IMG/VR virus record: IMGVR_UViG_3300005805_000367
Location: 1 to 27,850 of that record
Length of the DNA stretch: 27,850 nt
Strand: one strand, 5' to 3'
From: a virus
Lineage: Duplodnaviria; Caudoviricetes
The translations under genes and the position numbers were made by a program. Position 1 is the stretch's first letter. Each line of letters begins with the position of its first letter. Shown in pieces: positions 6,753 to 15,394 of this stretch. The notes under the pieces are model-generated. The model searched no databases and had not been told where the DNA came from. It saw only the letters and a list, made by a program, of their open reading frames with translations.

Positions 6753-7193
6753 ATGCAGCCCTACGCAGCAGAGATCCCCGAGTACCTGAAGGACGCTGAT
6801 GAGGCGTTGACCAGGTACGGCAGGTGGGTGGCCGACAGGTATCGGATAAATACCTGCGGCAGTGCGGAGGGCAAGTACCGATCCCCCCAGGACGAGATCG
6901 ACAGACTCCCGAGGATCGGCTACCCCGAGGACGAGTTCTGGGCCGCCCACAGAGCGCTCCAGGGCGTGACCCCGGACGAGAGGCAGGTTCTGCATATTCT
7001 GTACATCAGAAAGAAGATTCCCCAAGCTGCCCAGTTGAGGATTGCAAAAATCCAACATAGGGTAAGTGCTGATAGACACTTGAGGGGTTTAATGCAGTTC
7101 GACTTGCTGTTTCGGGCGCAAGTGGTTAAGATTAAGTCTCCTGACAAGGAGTCAGAGTTCGGTATGCCTTTTGGCAGGCCGCCGCATTTGTGA
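6753..7193 (+). CDS. Late regulator, antiterminator Q-like
   Basis: L.RYGRW N-terminal motif and ALQG...ERQVLHILY region. Occupies the Q position between nin-like and late genes. Confidence 0.55.
   Translation: MQPYAAEIPEYLKDADEALTRYGRWVADRYRINTCGSAEGKYRSPQDEIDRLPRIGYPEDEFWAAHRALQGVTPDERQVLHILYIRKKIPQAAQLRIAKIQHRVSADRHLRGLMQFDLLFRAQVVKIKSPDKESEFGMPFGRPPHL
7104..7132 (+). promoter_or_regulatory. Putative late promoter
   Basis: TTGCTG (7104-7109) - 17 nt - TAAGAT (7127-7132), followed by leader hairpins. Confidence 0.5.
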
Positions 7194-7202
7194 AGGAAAA
7201 CC

Positions 7203-7349
7203 ATGATTTCCTCTAAAACCGCAAAGCAGTTTGAGAAGTTCGTCAAAAAGCCCAAGAAGAAGGGCATGGACGGCAAGGACTACAACAAGCTCAGCGAGAT
7301 GGGCCGTGGCTACGAGGCCGTGGTGATGGCTAAAAAGGGCAAGAAGTGA
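7203..7349 (+). CDS. Small Lys-rich protein (48 aa, not in ORF track)
   Basis: AAGGA SD. MISSKTAKQFEKFVKKPKKKGMDGKDYNKLSEMGRGYEAVVMAKKGKK. GTGA overlap. Confidence 0.7.
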   Translation: MISSKTAKQFEKFVKKPKKKGMDGKDYNKLSEMGRGYEAVVMAKKGKK

Positions 7350-7831
7350 TCTGTCCGATCTCCACCCAGGACATCCAAGAGAACCTGAAAAAGCGGGACT
7401 GGGCGTTCAAGAACGTTGGCTATGGCCCCGCCAACCCTGGGGAAGAGAACGAGGAGTTCTGGCAAGCCAGGGCTGACGAGTGGCAGACCCCTGTCGAGGA
7501 CGCAAAGGAGATGCGCTGCGGTAACTGCAGCGCGTTTATCCAGACGCCTGAGATGATGGAGTGCATCATCGGTGGAATCCAGCAGGAGGAATCGGACGAG
7601 GAGACCTACGCCAACGAAGTGCAAGCGGCCGCTAACTTAGGCTATTGCGAGCTGTTTGAGTTCAAGTGCGCTGGAGACCGTACCTGCTCTGCGTGGCTGT
7701 ACGGCGGGCCGGTAACCAAGAAGCTCACTGCCAAGCAAAAGCAGATGCTGATGATGGCAAAGCACGAAGCCACCAAGGGGATGGACTATGAAGAAGACGA
7801 AGGCCGAGAAGAAGATAGCGAAAGTATTTAA
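7346..7831 (+). CDS. Cys-rich acidic protein, HiPIP-like motif
   Basis: RCGNCSAF...GYCELF...TCSAW parallels HiPIP CxxC..F...CxLF...CxxW. Confidence 0.6.
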   Translation: MICPISTQDIQENLKKRDWAFKNVGYGPANPGEENEEFWQARADEWQTPVEDAKEMRCGNCSAFIQTPEMMECIIGGIQQEESDEETYANEVQAAANLGYCELFEFKCAGDRTCSAWLYGGPVTKKLTAKQKQMLMMAKHEATKGMDYEEDEGREEDSESI

Positions 7832-7949
7832 GGAGTTTGGCAAGGGAGAACTCCACTCTGGCAAAGGCGGCCCAGTTGTAAAAAGCCGTGCCCAAGCGAC
7901 CGCGATAGCGTTGTCAGAGGGTAAGCGAGCTATGAAGAAAAAAGGCTGA
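7788..7949 (+). CDS. Small basic protein, DUF6496-like (53 aa, not in ORF track)
   Basis: [53 protein letters not shown]. Confidence 0.75.
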   Translation: MKKTKAEKKIAKVFKEFGKGELHSGKGGPVVKSRAQATAIALSEGKRAMKKKG

Positions 7950-8442
7950 GTTCTAGCCGCTGATGCTCAGAGTTTGAAAGAACTTGAAGGTTCTCAATTC
8001 TGTTGTCAGTTGGATCACCATTGATGTGATGAACGTGCTCCCAAGACTCAAGTTTACGACCTAAATGCTGCTCCATAACATAGCGATGCTCTCTAACTTG
8101 CTTGCCATCAACACTGATAACCACATACTTTCGAGTCTCTGACTTTCCTGCTCGACGCATTATTGGACTATTCATTCTTCCCTTCTCTAATATTTCTGGA
8201 TGTCCAAGTGCTAAACATCGGCGAGAACAAAATTTTGCAATGTCGACTCTGTACTTTGGAACATAAAATTTGCCAGAACAAACTTGACAAGTCATCATTG
8301 AGCCGTTCTTGCGCTTTTCTGCTCTAGTCTGCCCGCACAATGTTGAGACATACTTTGATGAGCAAGGTCTTGAACAGCTTTTTGTTGTTGACCGTTTGGG
8401 CTTAAATAAGATGCCGCAACTAACACAATTGATGTTTTGCAT
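7930..8442 (-). CDS. Free-standing HNH homing endonuclease with Zn-finger repeats
   Basis: Two CxxC...CSxxC repeats and EHRYVME...[18 protein letters not shown]-rich and antisense to the operon. Confidence 0.92.
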   Translation of the reverse strand: MQNINCVSCGILFKPKRSTTKSCSRPCSSKYVSTLCGQTRAEKRKNGSMMTCQVCSGKFYVPKYRVDIAKFCSRRCLALGHPEILEKGRMNSPIMRRAGKSETRKYVVISVDGKQVREHRYVMEQHLGRKLESWEHVHHINGDPTDNRIENLQVLSNSEHQRLELSLFSS

Positions 8443-8492
8443 AACGCGATGGCTATAATACTGAATTGCTATAGTTTACACGAAAGCACATC

Positions 8493-8657
8493 ATGAAGAA
8501 ACCTACAGGCCTGTACGCAAACATCCACGCCAAGCGTGAGCGCATCGAGCGCCAGAAGGCCGCAGGGAAGACTCCTGAGCGCATGAGGAAGCCTGGAACC
8601 AAGGGCGCGCCGACCTCCGCTGCGTTCAAGGCCGCTGCTAAGACGGTAAAGAAATGA
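8493..8657 (+). CDS. Small basic protein (54 aa, not in ORF track)
   Basis: MKKPTGLYANIHAKRERIERQKAAGKTPERMRKPGTKGAPTSAAFKAAAKTVKK. ATGA overlap. Confidence 0.75.
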   Translation: MKKPTGLYANIHAKRERIERQKAAGKTPERMRKPGTKGAPTSAAFKAAAKTVKK

Positions 8658-8953
8658 AGTCTGCCGCCTGGTCTCGCAAGGAAGGCAAAAGCCAAAGTGG
8701 GGGCCTGAACGAAAAGGGCCGTAGGTCTTACGAGAGGGAAAACCCTGGTTCTAACCTTAAGCCTCCAGTAAAGAGCGGAGACAACCCGAGGCGGGCATCG
8801 TTTCTTGCGAGGATGGGCAATATGCCTGGGCCTGAGTACAAGAACGGAGAGCCGACCAGACTCCTGCTGAGCCTGAAGGCCTGGGGAGCGAGTAGCAAGG
8901 CAGACGCCAAGGCAAAAGCCAAGGCTATCTCAGAGCGCAACAAAAAGAAGTAA
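8654..8953 (+). CDS. Basic protein, DUF6321-like
   Basis: AWSRKEGK..SGGLNEKGR...GSNLKPPV...RRASFLARMG...SLKAWG. Confidence 0.75.
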   Translation: MKSAAWSRKEGKSQSGGLNEKGRRSYERENPGSNLKPPVKSGDNPRRASFLARMGNMPGPEYKNGEPTRLLLSLKAWGASSKADAKAKAKAISERNKKK

Positions 8954-8998
8954 GATAAGCGTAATCAAACGTGCCGATGGCCCGAAAGGAATCGGAAA

Positions 8999-9322
8999 AT
9001 GGATAAAAAAAGTCGTCTTAACTACGGGAATCTACCCGGCCCAGGCCCAGGGAGGCCAAAGGGATCGGCTAATAAAGCCACACAGAACGTCAGAGAGATG
9101 ATCTCTGTGATTGCGGAGCAAAACGCTCCAAAGTTTGCAGAGTGGCTAAACACGGTAGCGCTTGGGGACGGCGATAAGGTAAAGCCAGACCCAGGCAAGG
9201 CCGCAGACCTGTATCTGAGGGCAATTGAGTACCACATACCCAAGCTGGCGAGGACTGAGGTCAGCGGGCTAGACGGGACACCTATCGAGACCATCGTCAA
9301 GTGGGCTCCCGAGAAATCGTAA
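8999..9322 (+). CDS. terS: Terminase small subunit (putative)
   Basis: GPGRPKGSANK motif, C-terminal EVSGLDG.PI, and overlap with terL. Confidence 0.7.
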   Translation: MDKKSRLNYGNLPGPGPGRPKGSANKATQNVREMISVIAEQNAPKFAEWLNTVALGDGDKVKPDPGKAADLYLRAIEYHIPKLARTEVSGLDGTPIETIVKWAPEKS

Positions 9323-10566
9323 TTCCATACGCTCCTCGAGCACCGCAGCGCCAGATCCATGAGGCACTCGGTGAGTCCAGGTTCGTGGTGGTGGTTGCCC
9401 ACAGACGCATGGGCAAGACGGTCTCTGCCTTGAATCACCTCATCAAGGAGGCGATAGACAACAAGAAGGAGGCCCCGAGATACGCCTACATAGCGCCAAC
9501 GTACACCCAGGCCAAGCGGGTAGCGTGGGACTATCTACTGAAGTACACGCAGCCCCTGGACGCGACGGCAAACCACTCGGAGCTGAGGGTGGACTTCTGG
9601 GGGCGCAGGGTCAGCCTGTACGGGTCGGACAACTTTGACAGCCTGCGAGGTCAGTACTTTGACGGGGTTGTCCTGGACGAGATTGGGGATCAAGACCCCA
9701 AGATATGGAACGAGATCATCAGACCGGCTCTTGCTGACAGGCAAGGATGGGCGCTGTTTATTGGCACACCGAAGGGCGCAAACCACTTCAAAGACCTGAG
9801 AGATCGGGCCGAGGAGGAGCCTAACTGGAGGCTGCTGGAGTTCAAGGCCAGCCAGACGGGGATCATCCCCAAGGAAGAGTTATCCGCTGCCAAGCACGAG
9901 ATGGGCGCAGACAAGTATGCCCAGGAGTTTGAGTGCAACTTCAACGCAGCGGTGGAGGGCGCGTACTACGGCGCTCTGATGAATGACCTAGAGTCAAAAA
10001 ACAGGTTCTGCGAGATAACTCGGGATGACCTGTGCAGGACATACACGGCCTGGGACTTGGGGGTAGGCGACTCGACAGCGATCTGGGTCTGCCAAGCGAT
10101 TAACAAGGAATATCGAATCCTTGACTTTGTGGAGAACCACGGTCAGGGGTTGGATTGGTACGTCAACTGGTTAAAAGAGAGAAAGTGGCACATTGCCGAG
10201 CACATCCTGCCGCACGACGTTGAGGTCAGGGAGCTTGGCACAGGAAAGAGCCGCAAGGAGATGCTCGAGTCTGCGGGCTTGACCATCACGGTAGCGCCAA
10301 GGATGTCTGTAGCCGATGGGATACAGTCGGTCAGGAGGCTGCTGCCTAATTGCTGGTTCAATATGCCTCAAGTGAAGCAGGGGGTTGACTGCCTGCGAAA
10401 CTACAGACGGGAATACGACGAGAAGCGAAACATCTACTTTGAGAAGCCGCTCCACGACTGGTCATCTCACGCAGCCGATGCGTTCAGATACCTGGCCGTC
10501 GGCATGACAGACGGAGGCGGCGACTGGAGCAAGCCGCTCAACATCAACACAAGGTGGGTGGTTTAA
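9301..10566 (+). CDS. terL: Terminase large subunit
   Basis: Walker A VAHRRMGKT, Walker B GVVLDE, motif III IGTPKG, nuclease AWDLG and HDWSSHAADAFRY. Confidence 0.96.
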   Translation: MGSREIVIPYAPRAPQRQIHEALGESRFVVVVAHRRMGKTVSALNHLIKEAIDNKKEAPRYAYIAPTYTQAKRVAWDYLLKYTQPLDATANHSELRVDFWGRRVSLYGSDNFDSLRGQYFDGVVLDEIGDQDPKIWNEIIRPALADRQGWALFIGTPKGANHFKDLRDRAEEEPNWRLLEFKASQTGIIPKEELSAAKHEMGADKYAQEFECNFNAAVEGAYYGALMNDLESKNRFCEITRDDLCRTYTAWDLGVGDSTAIWVCQAINKEYRILDFVENHGQGLDWYVNWLKERKWHIAEHILPHDVEVRELGTGKSRKEMLESAGLTITVAPRMSVADGIQSVRRLLPNCWFNMPQVKQGVDCLRNYRREYDEKRNIYFEKPLHDWSSHAADAFRYLAVGMTDGGGDWSKPLNINTRWVV

Positions 10567-10754
10567 TGTGGATCGCAAAGCAAGGAAACGTGGAACCCAG
10601 GATCAAGGCCCTGGAGGATCGTTTGGCAGAATTAGAGAAGAAGGTTCAGGAATATGAACGAAATCAGTCTGAAAGCACTTCTAGACGCAGAAATCGATGG
10701 GGCGATAGGGTATCTGCAAACGGAGACAACGGAGCAGAGAACCCGAGCGCTTGA
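10566..10754 (+). CDS. Small coiled-coil protein
   Basis: TAATG overlap with terL. RIKALEDRLAELEKKV heptads. The 3' end overlaps the portal gene. Confidence 0.5.
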   Translation: MWIAKQGNVEPRIKALEDRLAELEKKVQEYERNQSESTSRRRNRWGDRVSANGDNGAENPSA

Positions 10755-12693
10755 GTACTATCTGCGTTACCCATACGGTAACGAGATCGAGGGCCGCAGC
10801 CAGATCGTCACCGGCGAGGTTGCTGAGGTAGTTGACGGGGCTATCCCGCAGCTCATCCGCATCTTCACTGCGTCTGATGACATCATCCAGTTTGACCCCA
10901 CCGGGCCTGGAGACGAGGCCGGTGCAAAGCAAGCGACGGTCTACGCTAACTGGGTGTTCTACAAGGACAACCCAGGTTTTGCCGTCCTGCATGACTGGTT
11001 CAAGGACGCGCTGCTCGAGAAGGTCGGGGTAGTAAAGGCCTATTGGGATGACAAGATCGACGTCATCAAGGAGAGCTACGAGAACCTGACCAGCGACGAG
11101 CTTGCCTACCTGCTGAGCGACGGGACGAGGGAGATCATCGAGGAAGAGACGATCATCACCCCGGCCACCGACCCCGCGGGGAACCCTGTCCTAGATATGC
11201 AGGGTCAGCCCGTCTTGCTGACGAGCCACAACGTAAAGGTAGCAAAGAAAAACAAGATCGGTCGCATCAGGATCGAGAACGTGCCGCCAGAGGAGTTCAT
11301 CATCTCCAAGAAGGCCCGCACGATTCAGGACGCTCCGTTCTGCGCCCACCGCAAGCTGATCCCCAGGTCTGACCTGGTGGCGATGGGGTTTGACGAGGAA
11401 ACGGTCAAGAACCTGCCCGCCTACGACGATCTGAGCTTCAGCCCTGAGCGGGTGGCGAGATTCTCTGAGGGCGAGCAACCCAGCACCCAAGAAAGCCACG
11501 ACCCATCCATGCAGGAGGTGGAGGTATATGAGTGCTATGTCTACGCAGACCGCGACGGAGACGGAATAGCCGAGTTGCTCCAGGTCTGGTACGCAGCCAA
11601 CGAGATCCTTGAGGAGCGCGAGACCGATTACGTCCCGTTCCACTCGCTGTGCCCCGTGCCTGTCCCGCACAAGTTCTATGGCCTATCACTGGCTGACAAG
11701 GCGTTGGATCTGCAACTGCAAAAGAGCACTATTACCCGTCAGATGCTAGATAACCTGTACCTGACGAACAACGCTCGGGTCGGTGCGGTGGAGGGCCGGG
11801 TCAACATTGACGACCTGCTGACCGCTACACCTGGCGGCGTGGTTCGGATGAAAGACCCCGGCGCGGTGGTTCCGTTGCCCGTGCAGCCGGTAGCTAACCA
11901 AGCGTTCCCGATGCTTGAGTATCTGGATTCTGTCCAGGCCAAGAGGACGGGTATCTCTGAAGCGAGTCAAGGACTTGACCCCAACATCCTGCAAAATGTG
12001 ACGGCCACTGCGGTCGCTGCGTTCCAAAACGCCTCCTCTGGGAAGTTGGAGCTGATCGCCCGCATATTTGCAGAGACGGGGATCAAGTCCCTCTTTAAGG
12101 GAATCTTGCATCTGCTGTGCAAGTTCTCGGACAAGCCACGCCTGATCCGTATGCAGGGCCGCTACATACCGATGGATCCTCGGATGTGGTCTAACCAGTA
12201 CGACGTCAATATTTCGGTCGGGTTGGGCACTGGAAGCCAGCAGCAGCAGATGGCGATGCTCTCGATGATCCTGAGCAAGCAAGAGCAGATCCTGCAACAA
12301 TTCGGGCCTGCAAACCCGTTGGTGACTGTGGGTCAATACCGCGAGACTCTTGGCAGGATGATCGAGGCCGCAGGGTTCAAGGACTCCGCGATGTTCTTCA
12401 AGCAGGTCACGCCTGAGATCGAGGCGCAACTGAGCCAGCCACAGCCTCCAGGACAAGACCCAGCGATGCAGGCGATGATGGCGCAGGCGCAGGCGCAGAT
12501 CCAGATTGCACAGCAAAAGGCGCAGGCAGACATCCAACTGGCAAGAGAAAAAGCCGCCGCCCAGCTACAACTGGAGCGCGAGAAGGCTCAAGCAGACCTG
12601 CAACGCAGACAGCAGGAGTTTGAGGCCGAGGTTCAGCTCAAGGCCGCCAAGGTCGGCGCAGGCATCACCTCCAACATTCAGATTCCGGGGTAA
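10654..12693 (+). CDS. Portal protein
   Basis: 679 aa following terL, with podovirus portal-like motifs and a Q/A-rich C-terminal coiled coil like the P22 barrel. Confidence 0.92.
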   Translation: MNEISLKALLDAEIDGAIGYLQTETTEQRTRALEYYLRYPYGNEIEGRSQIVTGEVAEVVDGAIPQLIRIFTASDDIIQFDPTGPGDEAGAKQATVYANWVFYKDNPGFAVLHDWFKDALLEKVGVVKAYWDDKIDVIKESYENLTSDELAYLLSDGTREIIEEETIITPATDPAGNPVLDMQGQPVLLTSHNVKVAKKNKIGRIRIENVPPEEFIISKKARTIQDAPFCAHRKLIPRSDLVAMGFDEETVKNLPAYDDLSFSPERVARFSEGEQPSTQESHDPSMQEVEVYECYVYADRDGDGIAELLQVWYAANEILEERETDYVPFHSLCPVPVPHKFYGLSLADKALDLQLQKSTITRQMLDNLYLTNNARVGAVEGRVNIDDLLTATPGGVVRMKDPGAVVPLPVQPVANQAFPMLEYLDSVQAKRTGISEASQGLDPNILQNVTATAVAAFQNASSGKLELIARIFAETGIKSLFKGILHLLCKFSDKPRLIRMQGRYIPMDPRMWSNQYDVNISVGLGTGSQQQQMAMLSMILSKQEQILQQFGPANPLVTVGQYRETLGRMIEAAGFKDSAMFFKQVTPEIEAQLSQPQPPGQDPAMQAMMAQAQAQIQIAQQKAQADIQLAREKAAAQLQLEREKAQADLQRRQQEFEAEVQLKAAKVGAGITSNIQIPG

Positions 12694-12696
12694 GAC

Positions 12697-14184
12697 ATGG
12701 ATATCGTCGACTCAGCAAACCAAAATCAGCAGGGCGTGGCCGGGCTGCTTGGTGCAGCACCAGTAAACCAGGCCCAAAATCAGATGTGGTCGGTTGGATT
12801 TCCTGGGATAGCCCCAGCGCCCAACTGGTTGCCTCCTCAACTGTTCCAGTTGCCTGGAGCGCCAAACATCTCTAATGAGGACTACATGGCGCGGTATTTC
12901 AATATACCGCTGACCTACGGCTACGGAGCAAAGCGTTTCCTGATGGACGGGCAGACCACGCTGCCGCCTGTTTACATCCCGCCGCCAGAGTATCTGCCTC
13001 CGCCTCCTCCGCCGATACCGGTCTATCCTCCACCCGCACCAGTTGCGCCTCCAGAGGGAGGGATGCCGCCACCACCAGACCAGGGTGAGATTCAGCTACC
13101 AGTGCTGCCTCCGATTGAGCCGGTTCTTCCTCCAGTTGAGGAACCACCCCCAATCATTGAGGATCTGCCGCCGCCAATCGTTGAGAGGCCGGTTATCCCT
13201 GAGCTACCTCCGATCGTTGAGACTCCTCCGCTGCCCCCTGTTGAGGAGGTAACGGTTCCTGTGGTTTCTCAGCCTCTGTTTCCACCTGAAGATGACATCA
13301 TCACGCTGCCCCCTTATGAGCGTGGAGAGATACCAGTCCCAATGGTTAAGGAGTCTGGGAAGCGTCCTGTCATTGAGATGACGGTCAAGGACACAGAAAC
13401 TGGAGAGACGGTAGAAACGTCAACCGAGCGGCCATTCGGAGTAAGCGAACCGTCCGTGATCCCGATTGAACCTATTGAAATCCCGCCAGAAGTGCCAGGG
13501 ATTGAGGTTCCAGAGATCCCGCCGCTTGAGTTGCCTGCAATGCCTCCTGTCGAACAGGCCACTCCTCCTGCGTACATTGGCGACGAGTTGATGCCTCCAG
13601 ACGAGAGCGAGTTTGCTGTCTACGGCGACATCATGAAGGACTATACCGGGCCAGGACTGACTGATGGCCCAGACCTGTATGGACGTCCAGTATTGACTGG
13701 TGGTGTTGGTGGGGATATTGCCAAGGGCTACGAGGGGCCTGGGATTGAGGAAATCCCTGGGGTATTTGCTGAGTCTGGAGAGACTGGGGCGTATCTCCCA
13801 GAGGCCCCTACCCGCGCAGCTCGAGCACAAGTGCCTGCCTACACGGTTCCAGAGGCAGATGTTCTCTATGGATACAACCCGTCTGTTGAGCAGGAACTGG
13901 CCGCCGCTGGTCTGGCAAGCTCACCGCAGGAGATCCTGCCTGCTGAGGAATACCAGAGCACTGGGGTCAACGTGGATGCTCTGCCTGGGTTATTGGCGGC
14001 AGGGGTTGATATGCAGCCAGCGACCTCCGGGCTACTGGAAACCCCGATTTCTGAGATATCTCCAGAGCTGATGCGCGAGTTGGTTCTGGACGAGCTTGGC
14101 AAGTTTGGGCAGCAGTTGGGCTTCCAAAGGGGTGACATATACCCAGAGCGGATGGTAACTAGACTTGGCGCTGGAGTCCGATGA
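12697..14184 (+). CDS. Pro/Glu-rich, probably disordered protein of unknown function
   Basis: 495-aa ORF coupled between the portal and the next gene (ATGA). Long PPPP/EPP tracts. Confidence 0.75.
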   Translation: MDIVDSANQNQQGVAGLLGAAPVNQAQNQMWSVGFPGIAPAPNWLPPQLFQLPGAPNISNEDYMARYFNIPLTYGYGAKRFLMDGQTTLPPVYIPPPEYLPPPPPPIPVYPPPAPVAPPEGGMPPPPDQGEIQLPVLPPIEPVLPPVEEPPPIIEDLPPPIVERPVIPELPPIVETPPLPPVEEVTVPVVSQPLFPPEDDIITLPPYERGEIPVPMVKESGKRPVIEMTVKDTETGETVETSTERPFGVSEPSVIPIEPIEIPPEVPGIEVPEIPPLELPAMPPVEQATPPAYIGDELMPPDESEFAVYGDIMKDYTGPGLTDGPDLYGRPVLTGGVGGDIAKGYEGPGIEEIPGVFAESGETGAYLPEAPTRAARAQVPAYTVPEADVLYGYNPSVEQELAAAGLASSPQEILPAEEYQSTGVNVDALPGLLAAGVDMQPATSGLLETPISEISPELMRELVLDELGKFGQQLGFQRGDIYPERMVTRLGAGVR

Positions 14185-14411
14185 ACAAGTCAGAAAGAGC
14201 CTCCACCCTCCTAAAAGACGAGTGGTTTCAGGACGAGATTGAGTCAATCAGGGAAAGTCTGGTGTCTCAAATCGTCAACTCTGGCGAATTAGATATTGAC
14301 ATCCGTGAAAGGATGTACTTGAAGATTCGATTATTAGATGAAATAATCGGGCATTTCGAAGCGATAGCTGCTGACAATGTTATCGCCAAGAAACGCTGGA
14401 AGATCTTTTGA
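14181..14411 (+). CDS. Small helical head-module protein
   Basis: 76 aa, in the usual position between portal and scaffold in podoviruses. Confidence 0.7.
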   Translation: MNKSERASTLLKDEWFQDEIESIRESLVSQIVNSGELDIDIRERMYLKIRLLDEIIGHFEAIAADNVIAKKRWKIF

Positions 14412-14452
14412 TCCGTGCCAGTTCGGATAACTGGTAATAGACAAGGATTGTC

Positions 14453-15385
14453 ATGAGCGAGAACACGGCCCCGGCAGGGAGTGGTTCGATGAGTGTGGAT
14501 CAAGCAGCAGGAGCCTTGCTTGGCATGATGGAGGCATCTGAGGAGTCGCAAGACCAACCCGCAGAGCAACCAGAAGAAGAGCAGGAGACTGAGGCCCAGT
14601 CCGAATATCAGCAGGAAGAAGAGCAACCGCAGCGATTCCGAGTGAAAGCCGCAGGCGAGGAGCGCGATGTTTCCATTGATGAGCTGATTGACGGATACCA
14701 GAAGGGCCTGGATTACACCAAGAAGTCCCAGACGCTTGCAGAGCAACGAAAGTCTCTGGATGCGGAGCGGGCGGCGCTGGAGCAGGCAAAACAAGCAAGA
14801 GACGCCTACTCTCAGAGGCTGAAGCTAATTGACAACTTTCTGAGTCAGCAAAACAAAGAGGAGAACCTTGAGTCTCTCAAAGAGACAGACCCGATTGGAT
14901 ACGCTGTAAAGGTCGCAGAGAGGACAGAGCGCGAGAAACAGCAGGCAAGGGTTCGGGCAGAGCAGCAGCGCATTGCACAGCAACAAGCGTCAGAGCAACA
15001 GGCCTACCTAGCCAAGCACGTTGAAGCGGAGTCCGCACGACTGGCGGCGCTAATTCCTGAGTACGCAGATCCCAAGAAGGGAAGCGAGGTCAAGGCAGAG
15101 CTGAGAAAGTTCGCAGAGACTGTAGGCTTTTCCCAGGCTGAGCTGGCTCAGGCATACGACTCGCGGATGGTTCACGTTTTGTGGATGGCTAACCAATTTG
15201 CCAAGCTGCAAGACAACAAGCCGCAGGTCACCAAGAAGGTACAAGAGGCTCCTAAAATGCTTCGTCCAGGTGTAGCTGCATCGCAGAAGAACATCGCAGA
15301 CGAAACAACCAAGAAAGCGTCGCAGCAACTCAAGAGATCAGGAAAGGTCTCAGATGCAGCGGCATTGTTTGAACGACTTTTATAG
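14453..15385 (+). CDS. Scaffolding protein
   Basis: Acidic N-terminus, GYQKGLDYTKKSQ motif, long coiled coil and basic C-terminus, directly before the capsid gene. Confidence 0.88.
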   Translation: MSENTAPAGSGSMSVDQAAGALLGMMEASEESQDQPAEQPEEEQETEAQSEYQQEEEQPQRFRVKAAGEERDVSIDELIDGYQKGLDYTKKSQTLAEQRKSLDAERAALEQAKQARDAYSQRLKLIDNFLSQQNKEENLESLKETDPIGYAVKVAERTEREKQQARVRAEQQRIAQQQASEQQAYLAKHVEAESARLAALIPEYADPKKGSEVKAELRKFAETVGFSQAELAQAYDSRMVHVLWMANQFAKLQDNKPQVTKKVQEAPKMLRPGVAASQKNIADETTKKASQQLKRSGKVSDAAALFERLL

Positions 15386-15394
15386 GAATTTATC

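Noticed and set aside
12481-12498. GCGCAG x3 microsatellite
   Set aside because: In-frame AQAQAQ coding repeat. Slippage would not change the frame.
11746-12537. 263-aa minus-strand ORF with LRLR repeats
   Set aside because: Antisense shadow of the portal's Q/A-rich region.
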